Source of the DNA: Bacteroidia bacterium
Lineage (GTDB): Bacteria; Bacteroidota; Bacteroidia; M30B66
Length of the DNA stretch: 64,000 nt
Assembly (NCBI GenBank): GCA_019695235.1
Contig: JAIBAI010000008.1
Coordinates: forward strand, 2,607-66,606
Reading direction: 5' to 3'
Each line of letters opens with the position of its first letter. Within the stretch, counting starts at the first letter, position 1. Below the pieces are notes generated by a model, which was given only the letters and a program-made list of their open reading frames with translations, had not been told where the DNA came from and searched no databases. Shown one piece after another: positions 39,724-49,824 of the stretch. The position numbers and the translations under genes were made by a program.

Positions 39724-40186
39724 ACTGTTGTTTGTGTTGCTTCTCGCACTCCCACTGGTCGCATGCGACAAGGCAAGGGTGTTTGAAGAAAATACAGCGG
39801 TTGACAAAGCCGGATGGGAACAAAACAAACCCGTGAATTTTGAGGTAAATATTGATGACACCTTAAGCAGCTATCGTTTTTTCATGAATGTCAGGCATGC
39901 TGAGGCGTACCCTTACAGCAACCTTTATGTTTTCATGCATACCAGGCTGCCTGATGGGCAAATGGCAAGAGATACCGTTGAACTGATGTTGCAGGATCAG
40001 GAAGGCAACTGGACAGGCTCCGGTTTGGGCGACATCTTCGACCACCAGATAATGTTCCGGAAAAATCTGCGCTTCCCCCGTAAAGGAACTTATCAGTTCT
40101 CACTCGAACAAGCAATGAGAACTCCCATATTGCCTTTTGTGATGGAGATGGGTCTGCGAATTGAAAAAGAACCTCTTGCTAAATAA
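39692..40186 (+). CDS. gldH: Gliding motility lipoprotein GldH-like
   Basis: Lipoprotein signal LLLALPLVAC. Size and position downstream of the PSP1 gene are consistent with GldH. Function not verifiable from sequence alone. Confidence 0.5.
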   Translation: MTSKNLLRKNKLLFVLLLALPLVACDKARVFEENTAVDKAGWEQNKPVNFEVNIDDTLSSYRFFMNVRHAEAYPYSNLYVFMHTRLPDGQMARDTVELMLQDQEGNWTGSGLGDIFDHQIMFRKNLRFPRKGTYQFSLEQAMRTPILPFVMEMGLRIEKEPLAK

Positions 40187-40215
40187 CAGTGTCCCCTTTT
40201 TGGTCGAAATTTCTA

Positions 40216-40668
40216 ATGAACCTTTATCCTCCTCCGCTCTTCAACAGAGTAAGGATACGCAAGGTTAGCCACGACTTCATGGAAGTGGATGTAAGAGTGT
40301 ACAAATCATTGCTGAACCGTAACCTGAACCGCTCAATTTTTGGAGGGTCAATCTTTAGTGCCGCCGACCCTATCCACTCAATGATGTATTGGAAAGCCCT
40401 GAGAAAGCGTAACGTTAAATGCATCGTTTGGCTGAAATCAGCCTATATACGTTACAGAAAACCTGCACGCACCAGTCTTGATTATCATTTTCATCTTTCA
40501 GAAGAAGACCTGCAAAAAGCAATATCCGGTTTACGTCAGGATGGTCGCTATGAGATAGAACATTACGTGAATGCTATAGACCAAACCGGTGATGTGTGTG
40601 CAGAAGTAAGAGCATGTGTGCACATACGCATCGTTCAAAAAGAAGAAGAATCTCTCGGTGCTTTCTGA
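40216..40668 (+). CDS. Hotdog-fold thioesterase-like protein (DUF4442-like)
   Basis: About 150 aa with the pattern IFGGSIFSAADP...; a GTG alternative start lies at 40189. Confidence 0.4.
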   Translation: MNLYPPPLFNRVRIRKVSHDFMEVDVRVYKSLLNRNLNRSIFGGSIFSAADPIHSMMYWKALRKRNVKCIVWLKSAYIRYRKPARTSLDYHFHLSEEDLQKAISGLRQDGRYEIEHYVNAIDQTGDVCAEVRACVHIRIVQKEEESLGAF

Positions 40669-40676
40669 TGACAAAT

Positions 40677-40700
40677 AAAAGACTAACGGGTCTTTTATTT
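40677..40700. terminator. Hairpin plus T-run between convergent genes
   Basis: AAAGACtaacggGTCTTTTATTT. Confidence 0.4.
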
Positions 40701-41561
40701 ACACCCGAATTTTAAAATATAATCCTGGTCAACGCGGTCTGCCCCTGTCTGAAACACCTTCTTCATAGCTACCGCTTTAAGCGAGAGAATATGCTGGTTC
40801 TCATTCAGGTTAAAAAACAAACGGGGGATAAATGTCTTCGCATAAGAACCACTGCCCGTTGCTGTTTCGGTAAGTTTTAACTCAGGATTATTGCCCACTT
40901 GGAAAAAGCCGCTGGGCTTAAGTACCGTACTATCCGTGAGAGTAGCTTCAAGATACAGATACACCTCATCGGGGTTTAACTGCTGCATAGAAGTCTTGGT
41001 TTCTTTATAGTTATCGTAGGTGATGGTGAGTAAATCATCTTCCTGTACCTTCATCGGGAAACCATATACAATGCTCCGTTCAACATTGGGCGGGTTTACT
41101 TCTAACTTTAAATCATCTGACTTGCGATCAGGGTCACCGTAACCTCCGCCATCTTTCGGTTTAACCAGAAACTGAATGTCTTCTTTAAAAACCGTCGCAG
41201 CATCTACCTCATAAAACTGGGTAGGTATCATAGTATAGCTGTAAAGATGGTTGGCTTCTTTTGTCAATTTCAGCAATTCATTGCTGTTTTTCCAGGGGGC
41301 ACCACCTTCACCATTTGCTTTAGGTGAGCCTATCGGGAACTCAAATGGCTTCCATGTCCAGATGTACAGGTCAAGCCCTGCATCTGCGTCGGCTATCAGA
41401 TTTAGCACATAATCCTTACTTTGGTCAAGCTGGTCAAGATTTATCAATATCTTCACTTCGCTGGTTGGGTCATTGTACTCCGCCGGAACCGATGTGACCG
41501 CTTGCCCAAAAGCTGCTACTGTGGTACTTATAAAAAACAAACTCGATAGTATCTTTTTCAT
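40695..41561 (-). CDS. Secreted SusE/SusF-like accessory protein of the starch locus (hypothetical)
   Basis: Signal peptide MKKILSSLFFISTTVAAFGQ. Last gene of the susC-susD operon. Confidence 0.4.
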   Translation of the reverse strand: MKKILSSLFFISTTVAAFGQAVTSVPAEYNDPTSEVKILINLDQLDQSKDYVLNLIADADAGLDLYIWTWKPFEFPIGSPKANGEGGAPWKNSNELLKLTKEANHLYSYTMIPTQFYEVDAATVFKEDIQFLVKPKDGGGYGDPDRKSDDLKLEVNPPNVERSIVYGFPMKVQEDDLLTITYDNYKETKTSMQQLNPDEVYLYLEATLTDSTVLKPSGFFQVGNNPELKLTETATGSGSYAKTFIPRLFFNLNENQHILSLKAVAMKKVFQTGADRVDQDYILKFGCK

Positions 41562-41570
41562 CGTGCTGAA

Positions 41571-42062
41571 TTATTGGCGTGAAAAGGTGAAATCATAAGT
41601 TAAATAGGCTTTCCCACATGTGTCCTTCCGGGTAATAGAAAATCCAAAAACCTGGTCAATCTCCCTGGGCATATTACGCAGTGGCGCCTTTACCGTATCA
41701 CCATTACCGGGCATAAAAAACAAGGTACTGGGGTATGGCAGTGTGTCATACTTCCACGTACCGGCACTGCCTAATAAGCGGGGAAGGTAACCTGCCTGAA
41801 TTACTGCATAAGTACCTCCTTCTTTGTCAAAACGAACAATCATTTTCCTTGATGCATCACTTTGAAAAAACGCAGAAATATCCTTTGCTTCAGGCAATGG
41901 TGGTGATAAATCGGTTTGCTTTACACCTTCAACCTGCCAGGTACCATAAATCCCTTCGCCTGATGCATAAGCCTCACCCATTTCTTTTAATTCTGGCTTG
42001 CAGGAGCTAAGAACCACTCCTGTCAAAAAACCCATGGATAACTGAAAAAATCTGATTTTCAT
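41571..42062 (-). CDS. Small lipoprotein (SusE-like position)
   Basis: Lipobox ...GVVLSSC. Lies immediately downstream of susD. Confidence 0.4.
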   Translation of the reverse strand: MKIRFFQLSMGFLTGVVLSSCKPELKEMGEAYASGEGIYGTWQVEGVKQTDLSPPLPEAKDISAFFQSDASRKMIVRFDKEGGTYAVIQAGYLPRLLGSAGTWKYDTLPYPSTLFFMPGNGDTVKAPLRNMPREIDQVFGFSITRKDTCGKAYLTYDFTFSRQ

Positions 42063-42073
42063 ATTCTGTTATT

Positions 42074-43459
42074 TTATTCACACCCTCCGGTGGGATTTAA
42101 TTGAAAGCCTATTACACTGTTCTCTGCTCCGGGAAATTGAAGAACCATACCCGGACAGTTCCAAATCGCACCTCTTGACTGCGAATCATACCCCAACACC
42201 CCTTTCCGTTTGATTTGCATGGTTCTGTCACCCTCAAAACACATTTCTTTCCTGCGTTCATCACGTATAGCATTTACCAAATCAACACCTGATATGCCCG
42301 ACAACGAATCCAGGCCTGCCCGGTGACGTATTTCGTTCAGGTCATTGAGTGCAGTTGAAACATCTGTTCCTAATGCTGCCAGGGCTTCGGCTCTGGTAAG
42401 TTTCATTTCCGTCAGGTGGAGAATTGGAATCCACATAAATGAACGATCGAACTTCTTTACCGCGTATGTTACAATCCCGGCCTTATCAATCACACGAAAC
42501 CAATTGTCTTTTCTTTTATCCAGCGTGTCAAAAGCAATGAAATTATACAATTCTTCACTTGCCCTCATTGAAGGGTTGTCGTTGTTATCTGAACGATAAC
42601 GCAAGAAATCCCCACCTCTTTCATCACTAATCTTGTCTTGAACAAAGGTACTTACAGTATAAAAGATTTGCTCTGAATTCGCCCCCGCTGTAAAGCGGTT
42701 CAGACTGTCGAGCAAGGCAAACTTACCACTGTTGAGCACTTCTCCGGCAAACTGGGCTGCTTCAGCAAATTTATTCTGATCAAGGTAAAACCTTGCCTTT
42801 AATGCTTTTGCCGACCATTTTGTGGCATAAGCCCCATTGTCATCGGGCAGGTTTTGTTCAGCAAAATCAAGATCTGATAGAATTAATGCCAAACATTCAG
42901 CCAGGGTCGAGCGTACGCCAGCATCCTGTGAATATTTCATGCGCATCACAATTCCAGGGTGACTATTGTTTGCTGTAAATCCGGGTGGTTGGGCAAACAT
43001 GCGCAAAATGGCGTGATGATTCAAAGCCCTGAGAAACCTCGCTTCTGCTTCGATTTTTATCTTCTCTGCTTCTGAAATTTCACTCACTTCATCTTTTTTC
43101 ATGATCAATACATTTGCCCGATAAATTGACAAATATGCGTCTTTGTAACGCCCACCAATCGTACCGTTAAAAATGTCAGATTTGCGGTAATACACCGGTA
43201 AATAATCTGTCTGGCTCACAGGTAAACCCACATCATCACCTAATAATTCCATGAGATTTTGCGCCTGGCCACCATACAGGTTAGCAGCTACATCATACAC
43301 TGAATTCAGCAGTTCACGCAAATCCTGCGCCGTTTTAATCGCCTCGTCGCTGTTGATTTGCGTATCAGTTGACTCCGGTTTTTTCTCCAAAAATTCTTTG
43401 GAGCATGAATACAAAACCGAAAGTAAAATTATTGCAGAAAGTATTTTGCTACGTTTCAT
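42074..43459 (-). CDS. susD: SusD/RagB family nutrient-binding outer membrane lipoprotein
   Basis: Lipobox LSVLYSCSKEF. TPR-like SusD architecture. Follows the susC-like gene. Confidence 0.85.
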   Translation of the reverse strand: MKRSKILSAIILLSVLYSCSKEFLEKKPESTDTQINSDEAIKTAQDLRELLNSVYDVAANLYGGQAQNLMELLGDDVGLPVSQTDYLPVYYRKSDIFNGTIGGRYKDAYLSIYRANVLIMKKDEVSEISEAEKIKIEAEARFLRALNHHAILRMFAQPPGFTANNSHPGIVMRMKYSQDAGVRSTLAECLALILSDLDFAEQNLPDDNGAYATKWSAKALKARFYLDQNKFAEAAQFAGEVLNSGKFALLDSLNRFTAGANSEQIFYTVSTFVQDKISDERGGDFLRYRSDNNDNPSMRASEELYNFIAFDTLDKRKDNWFRVIDKAGIVTYAVKKFDRSFMWIPILHLTEMKLTRAEALAALGTDVSTALNDLNEIRHRAGLDSLSGISGVDLVNAIRDERRKEMCFEGDRTMQIKRKGVLGYDSQSRGAIWNCPGMVLQFPGAENSVIGFQLNPTGGCE

Positions 43460-43470
43460 GTTTCCGGATA

Positions 43471-46400
43471 TTAAAAGCCAATGTCAACAGAGATGCTAAA
43501 GGTCTTCTGCTGGGGTGAAGTTAAATAGGTGATGTTCGGACTCATATTCCTGTCGGTGGCATTCTCAAAATCACGGGCAATTTCAGGATCAAGACCGGGG
43601 AATTTAGTGAGTGTGATAAGGTTGGTGCCTACCAAGGAAATACGTGCGCTTCCCAGCTTCGACTTCTCTAACATTTTTGCCGGAAAAGTGTAGCCAATAG
43701 ACAATGACCGCAACCGTGCAAAGGTTCCGTCGTGTACCCATAAGGTAGTGTTAATCCAGGGTGTACCCGACCCATACGCTGTTGAACTGGTGGTTAACAA
43801 CGGATACTTGGCTTCATCGCCCGGCTGACGCCAGCGGTCAAACTGGTCGGTGCGGTGATTCCAGCCATCCGTATCAAAGGTTCCTAACTGCCGCTTTGAT
43901 GATGAATCATAAATATCACCTCCCAGTACAAACACCCAGAACATGCTCAGGTCGAACGGACCGTATCTGAAATCGTTCTTTACACTTCCGAAGGCATCCG
44001 GCAAAATTGAACCCGCAGAAACCCTGTTCGCTACATCCCAGGTATAGGTTTCGTTGCCGTTTTTGTCGAAATATACTGGTTTCCCATTGGCAGGATCAAC
44101 ATGGCTGAACTGCACCAGGTAATTGTTGCCAATGGGGCGTCCAACAACTAGGCGGGTATCGTTGGTTCCGCCGGAAACTGCATCTTCGGTGTAATCGCCA
44201 AGGCTCGTCAGTTCATTCACGTTGCGGGCAATATTGAAATCAACATTCCACTTAAATTTCCGGTCAATAATATGGGCTTTCAGGCTGAACTCAATCCCGC
44301 GGTTGTTCACCTTGCCCACATTCGCCCATGCATTGGTAAAGCCCGTATTGTTTTGTGCAGAGATATACAGCAGCATATCACGGGTATCCTTATTGTAAAT
44401 GCCAATGTCGCCGGATATCCTGTCGTTGAGCAATCCAAATTCTAAAGCAGCATCAAATGTCAGATTGGTTTCCCATTTTAAATCCGGGTTACTTGGTGAT
44501 GCAGCATCCGGGAAAAAGATGGTTTCTCCATTGTATGCATTTGCCTTTTTGTAAAACACATTGTATTGCGCATAGGCCGGAATATTTGAATTGCCGGTAA
44601 GCCCGTAACTACTGCGTACTTTCAGAAACGAAATAATTTTGTTTCCTTTTAAAAACGCCTCCTCTGATAAAATCCAGCCAAGAGAAGCTGAGGGGAAGAA
44701 ACCATATTTGTTGTTTTTACCAAACTTGCTTGAACCATCGCGACGGCCTACCAGTTCAGCCAAATAACGCTTTTTGTAACTGTATTTTACCCGCCCGAAA
44801 TAGGATATGAAATTCCACTCTTCCTGCTTGGCATTGTTGTCGCTCACTGCCAGCGGGTCATCAGAAGAGAGGTACCCGGTAGCAGAAGTTTCATTCTTGG
44901 TGCTTGAGAAATGCTTTGTTTTTGAATCCTGATACTCTGTACCTAACATGAAATTAAAATCATGCTTTTCTTTCAGTGTCTTCAGGTAATTTGCCACCAG
45001 ATTCATGTTAAAATTCGCAACATCAAAACTCCTGCGATAGGCTTTGGTAAGTAATGGATTGTTCGCATCATAGCCGGCCTTTTGGTATTCATCCTGACGC
45101 CATGCCATATAATCAAGCGAGCCCGTACCACGGATGTATAAATCTTTGATAGGTTGAATCTCTAAACTGATATTATTTAAGGTACGTGTTTCACGACTGC
45201 GCCAATCACGCAATTCACGCATGGCTACAGGGTTGCGGCTGATATCATTGCTCGGCAGAAAATAATCACCGGCCTTATGTATAACCAACCCATCATCATT
45301 CAATACATCTTTCTCATAGTAAATCGGATAGATAGGCAAAGCAGTACTCATTGCAGCCCCCAAACCTCCACTCCAGCCCATGCCTTGTAACAGGTTGGTA
45401 CCCTGAGAAAGCGATGTTCCCAAAGAAACTTTACCCCATTTGGCAAATTTGTAATCACCATTCACCCGCCCGGAGGTACGATTGTATGCATTACCCAACA
45501 TGTACGACTTGTCATTCTGCTGTGCAAAAGAGCCGAAAATATTATAGTTGTCTGCTCCCTTGCCCATACTCAGGCTTGTATTCTGCTGGTATCCTACCCC
45601 AATTGCTTCCTTTACCCAATCGGTATTGGTGCGCCTTGCATCTTCCCATGATATGTTTCCGGGCAAAGCCGGAACGCCTAAACGACCATCATTGACATAG
45701 GCTTCTTCGTACATCTGAAGAAACTCAGTATTGTTCATCATATTTGGCAAGGCCGTAGGTGTTGATACCCCCTGACGTGTTGAAAGGTCAACATGAAACC
45801 CTTTCTTTTTACCTCTTTTAGTTGTGATGAGTATAACCCCATTGGCTCCACGTGAACCGTAAATACCGGTTGCAGCAGCATCTTTGAGCACCTCCACACT
45901 TTCAATGTCGCTTGGCGCAATACTTGCCAGTGGATTGTTGTTTTGACCACCTGAATTGCCATTTAAGAAATAATCCTGCGTGATAGGAATCCCATCTACC
46001 ACATACAAAGGGTCACCTCCGGCAGAAGCTGATGCTACCCCCCGGATGCGTATAACAGAGCTGCTGCCTGCTGCTCCTGAACCGGTAATCACCTGCAAAC
46101 CTGACGCTTTTCCCTGAAGCCCGTTCTCAAAACTCGGTGTGGGCAGTTCGGTCAAATCTTTACCGCTGATGCTTACAATAGAGCCGGTAACCTCTCTTTT
46201 ACGTTGCACACCATACCCAACAACTACCACCTCGTTCATCAACTTCACATTGGGTTTAAGTGACAGGTTTACTGTTTCATCCTTCCCGGCAACAAGGTTC
46301 AAGCTTCGGTATTCTTTGGTATAGCCCATAAAAGAAACTTCAAGGGTTACCTTTCCGGTTTTTCCGGGTTTAAAAGAAAACTTTCCCTGAAGGTCGGTTG

Positions 46401-46551
46401 CTGCTCCGATGCTGGTGCCCTGTAACTTTACCGCCGCACCAATCAATGGCTGACCTGTTTCATCAGAAATAACACCACTGATGGTTTGTGCCGCAAGGGG
46501 CAAGTGCAACAGGCAGAAACAAATGAACGCAAATTGTAGAAGTCTTTTCAT
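43471..46551 (-). CDS. susC: SusC/RagA family TonB-dependent outer membrane transporter
   Basis: 1026 aa with signal peptide, carboxypeptidase-like N-domain, TonB plug (DGIPI...), and a terminal beta-strand ending in F. Confidence 0.9.
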   Translation of the reverse strand: MKRLLQFAFICFCLLHLPLAAQTISGVISDETGQPLIGAAVKLQGTSIGAATDLQGKFSFKPGKTGKVTLEVSFMGYTKEYRSLNLVAGKDETVNLSLKPNVKLMNEVVVVGYGVQRKREVTGSIVSISGKDLTELPTPSFENGLQGKASGLQVITGSGAAGSSSVIRIRGVASASAGGDPLYVVDGIPITQDYFLNGNSGGQNNNPLASIAPSDIESVEVLKDAAATGIYGSRGANGVILITTKRGKKKGFHVDLSTRQGVSTPTALPNMMNNTEFLQMYEEAYVNDGRLGVPALPGNISWEDARRTNTDWVKEAIGVGYQQNTSLSMGKGADNYNIFGSFAQQNDKSYMLGNAYNRTSGRVNGDYKFAKWGKVSLGTSLSQGTNLLQGMGWSGGLGAAMSTALPIYPIYYEKDVLNDDGLVIHKAGDYFLPSNDISRNPVAMRELRDWRSRETRTLNNISLEIQPIKDLYIRGTGSLDYMAWRQDEYQKAGYDANNPLLTKAYRRSFDVANFNMNLVANYLKTLKEKHDFNFMLGTEYQDSKTKHFSSTKNETSATGYLSSDDPLAVSDNNAKQEEWNFISYFGRVKYSYKKRYLAELVGRRDGSSKFGKNNKYGFFPSASLGWILSEEAFLKGNKIISFLKVRSSYGLTGNSNIPAYAQYNVFYKKANAYNGETIFFPDAASPSNPDLKWETNLTFDAALEFGLLNDRISGDIGIYNKDTRDMLLYISAQNNTGFTNAWANVGKVNNRGIEFSLKAHIIDRKFKWNVDFNIARNVNELTSLGDYTEDAVSGGTNDTRLVVGRPIGNNYLVQFSHVDPANGKPVYFDKNGNETYTWDVANRVSAGSILPDAFGSVKNDFRYGPFDLSMFWVFVLGGDIYDSSSKRQLGTFDTDGWNHRTDQFDRWRQPGDEAKYPLLTTSSTAYGSGTPWINTTLWVHDGTFARLRSLSIGYTFPAKMLEKSKLGSARISLVGTNLITLTKFPGLDPEIARDFENATDRNMSPNITYLTSPQQKTFSISVDIGF

Positions 46552-46568
46552 AGGTGTTATGCTGCTTT

Positions 46569-49451
46569 TTAGTTTTTAATCAGTTTGCCATTATACATCC
46601 GTCCTTTTTCAAGCAAGGTATATAAATACATGCCGGATGGCAAATCATTCAAGTTAATTTTTATCTCAGCCTCGCCCGAAAATTGCTGACGAAGCAACAA
46701 CTTACCAAACAGGTCGTATAGCACAACTTCTACTGTTTGCTGCACGCCTGAAGGCAAATTAAAGTGCACGATACCGGATGTGGGATTGGGATAGGCCTGC
46801 AGTGTATTCATGGTAAATGCATTTCCGGATATACCCGCCGGAATACCATCGAATGTATTGGGAGGCGGGATTACTTTTTTATTCAGATAAACGTGGTACT
46901 CGCCGGGAGCAAATGAAAGTGGGGCATTAACATCCTGCACCACAATGCTGTCACCAGTCAAATAGTCATACCACACACCGGGCGCTTGAAACCCTGGATT
47001 CATCTGTTCAGCAACTACATTGAAATTTCCCAGAATCACTGCATTGAGCTCATTGCCGGTAAAGCGCAACACCTTGCGGTAAAGCCCCAGGTCGAAGTAA
47101 TGGTTCAAATCACGAAAAACCGGGAAAGTCTTTTTCAGATAATTCAGCTTGCGAAACACTTCAAACAAATTCCGGCGATTGGCGTCATTGTAATACTCCC
47201 ACTTTACCGGCTTCGCATCTATCCGGCACTGCTCTTTGTAAGTAACACCATCACTGCACCGTTCTATAGAATAATCATAGCCTAATTCACCAAACTCATA
47301 AATCATTTTCGCACTGGGCAGCGGAATGAAAAAACAAGCCGCCAATGCCATCCGGTCGAGAGCCGTTGCTAAATCTTTCACTGAATAGCCTCCTGAGCTA
47401 TTACCGTATTTCAGGTTCTTGTACATCAGCCTTTCTTCATCATGACTCTCCATATATGCCACCAGCCCGTAATTCTGAGGGCCGGCAGAACTATTCCAGC
47501 CACGCCGCTGAATGGTGTTGTCATAGATATTAGACGCATAGCCCATCGTTGCTTCATTATATATATCGGTGCCCTTAGCCCACGACATCATGCCATAATT
47601 GGCCAATTGATACTCTTCATTCCAATCGGCAAAATGCTCGAGAATGATATACGCATCTGAAACAGTACGCCTGATTGAATCTGAAATAGCCTTCAGTATA
47701 TTTATCCGGCTTTGGTCAAACTGCCCCCAGGTACCCACGTCGGCTCCTGAATTCTTCTGCGTAAAACCCTTGCTCAGGTCGAACCGGTAACCATCAATCT
47801 TGTATTCTTCAAGCCAGTGGCGCAATACCTTGGATACAAAATAGCGTGTTGCCGGGCTTTCATGGTTAAAATCATAACCAACATTAAAAGGGTGTTTTGC
47901 CACCTGATTGAACCACGGACTTTGGGCGGTGGTCTGGCCGTACTGACCAGCATCCGGGTCAAAATACATCTTCACCATCGGATTAAGACCGAAGGCATGG
48001 TTTAATACCACATCAACTACCACGGCAATGCCCCGGCTATGACATGAATCAACCAGGCGTTTTAATTCGTTGGCAGGCCCGTAAGCTTTGTCAACCGCCA
48101 TAAAAAACATGGGGTTATATCCCCAGCTGTCATTCCCTTCAAATTCTGCCAGAGGCATCAGCTCAATTGCATTAACACCAAGCGCGGTTAGATAGGGCAA
48201 CTTCTGAATTACCTCATCAAAGGTGCGCTGGTTAGAAAAATCTCTTACAAGCAACTCATAAACAATAAGGTCTTCTTTGGGTGGCCTGGTGTACTGGTAG
48301 GTCTCATCCCATTGATAAGGGTCTTTCTGACACTGAAGCACCCCTACAATGCCGTCGGCCTTTCCTGCCGGATAAGGAAGCAAATCGGGATAGGTACTCT
48401 GCTGAATCCACTGGTCATTCCAGGGGTCTATGATTTTTTCAACATAAGGGTCAGTAACCCGCAAGCCTTCCCGGTCAATAAAATACTGAAAACGATATTC
48501 TTTCTGTGGTTCAAGCCCGGTAATTTCAATCCAGAAAAACTGCCCATCCGGACTCTTCTTCATTCTGTAATCCGGCAAGAATGCCCAGTTGTTAAAGTCG
48601 CCTACCACATAAATAAATTCTTTATATGGAGCCCGAAGCTGTAAATAAACACTTTGCTGGTCGGGGTAAAATATGCCTTCTGTTCTTCCGGAAGGAATAG
48701 CCTCAACAACACCTGCACCATGCCTTGTAATTAATAAGGTGTCATAGATAGTATCGCCAGCATATATTGCCGAAAACACCAGCGTGTGAAGCCCCTCTGC
48801 AATTTGATCTGCATTAATGGTATCATTTAAAGCAACTGATGCTACCTGGCTTTTACGCACCGTGTTATCAAGTGAAAAACTGAGCGCTGCAGCTGCCGAT
48901 GCTTGCCCCGTTACCACCAGATTTTGCCCGCTAAACAGCAATACCCCACTTTGATAATGGGATGTTATACTTGCCGAAAATGAGCCTGTAGCCAGGTCCA
49001 TAAAAACATCCTGCCCACCGGTAGCTTTTCCTTCCTTGCTGCCATTGGCATTTCTGAACACCATGCAAAGCTGTGTTACCGAAGCCCCTGAAGCAATACT
49101 CTGACCACTATTGGTAGCATACCATTCACGAATATCTGGTGCTATTTCAATGGTATAAATGTTGCTATTGCCTACACGGGTCATCAGCCCCTTTCCGTTA
49201 TCCTGCCCCCAATCTCCTACCACATTGTGCCATTTCTGGCCATTCACTGTAAGCCCGGTATGCACATAAACTTTCTCCTGTGGCCCTAAGTTCGCTAAAC
49301 CTCCAGTACCCTGTGAAGCATCGAAGGTAATCAGCACGGCATCATGAGAAGTAGGAAAAGCAGGTGTAAGTGATACGATGGCCTGGCCCTGCACCTGCCC
49401 ATAAATTAACCCTACAATCGTAGCCAAAACATTGCGTAAATACACCGACAT
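46569..49451 (-). CDS. GH13 alpha-amylase with N-terminal beta domains and a T9SS C-terminal sorting domain
   Basis: GH13 regions VVDVVLNHAF, GYRFDLSKGF, YMESHDE. CTD ...VEVVLYDLFGKLLLRQQFSGEAEIKINLNDLPSGMYLYTL. Confidence 0.85.
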   Translation of the reverse strand: MSVYLRNVLATIVGLIYGQVQGQAIVSLTPAFPTSHDAVLITFDASQGTGGLANLGPQEKVYVHTGLTVNGQKWHNVVGDWGQDNGKGLMTRVGNSNIYTIEIAPDIREWYATNSGQSIASGASVTQLCMVFRNANGSKEGKATGGQDVFMDLATGSFSASITSHYQSGVLLFSGQNLVVTGQASAAAALSFSLDNTVRKSQVASVALNDTINADQIAEGLHTLVFSAIYAGDTIYDTLLITRHGAGVVEAIPSGRTEGIFYPDQQSVYLQLRAPYKEFIYVVGDFNNWAFLPDYRMKKSPDGQFFWIEITGLEPQKEYRFQYFIDREGLRVTDPYVEKIIDPWNDQWIQQSTYPDLLPYPAGKADGIVGVLQCQKDPYQWDETYQYTRPPKEDLIVYELLVRDFSNQRTFDEVIQKLPYLTALGVNAIELMPLAEFEGNDSWGYNPMFFMAVDKAYGPANELKRLVDSCHSRGIAVVVDVVLNHAFGLNPMVKMYFDPDAGQYGQTTAQSPWFNQVAKHPFNVGYDFNHESPATRYFVSKVLRHWLEEYKIDGYRFDLSKGFTQKNSGADVGTWGQFDQSRINILKAISDSIRRTVSDAYIILEHFADWNEEYQLANYGMMSWAKGTDIYNEATMGYASNIYDNTIQRRGWNSSAGPQNYGLVAYMESHDEERLMYKNLKYGNSSGGYSVKDLATALDRMALAACFFIPLPSAKMIYEFGELGYDYSIERCSDGVTYKEQCRIDAKPVKWEYYNDANRRNLFEVFRKLNYLKKTFPVFRDLNHYFDLGLYRKVLRFTGNELNAVILGNFNVVAEQMNPGFQAPGVWYDYLTGDSIVVQDVNAPLSFAPGEYHVYLNKKVIPPPNTFDGIPAGISGNAFTMNTLQAYPNPTSGIVHFNLPSGVQQTVEVVLYDLFGKLLLRQQFSGEAEIKINLNDLPSGMYLYTLLEKGRMYNGKLIKN

Positions 49452-49824
49452 ATATTCTAAAAAATTATGCTTACGAACCCCGAAGGTAAAATTTGAGTGT
49501 TACTTTAACACTATTAAAAACTTTAAAGAATACAATCTCTTGCTAATACCCTCATTATCTGTATATTAAAATTTTCACGCAAAAGGGCTTCGTTTTTTGA
49601 AGTCAACACCCCTCAGTAACCATCCTATATGATTGTATTTGAGGTAAGTATAAGGTCTGGTGAACCAAATACAAACATTGTTCAATTTGACCTCAGCATT
49701 TCATCAAATTTTAATGCGTTGTTTTATAGCCACTTACATATCATGGCGTATAAATGACACTCTCGAAGCCATTCAAAAAGCAAACAATTTGTAATTTCGA
49801 TTTTCAAAACAACACATAACCTCT

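Noticed and set aside
47345-48644. Small plus-strand ORFs inside the amylase gene
   Set aside because: They lie inside the 960-aa GH13 reading frame on the opposite strand and have no independent support.
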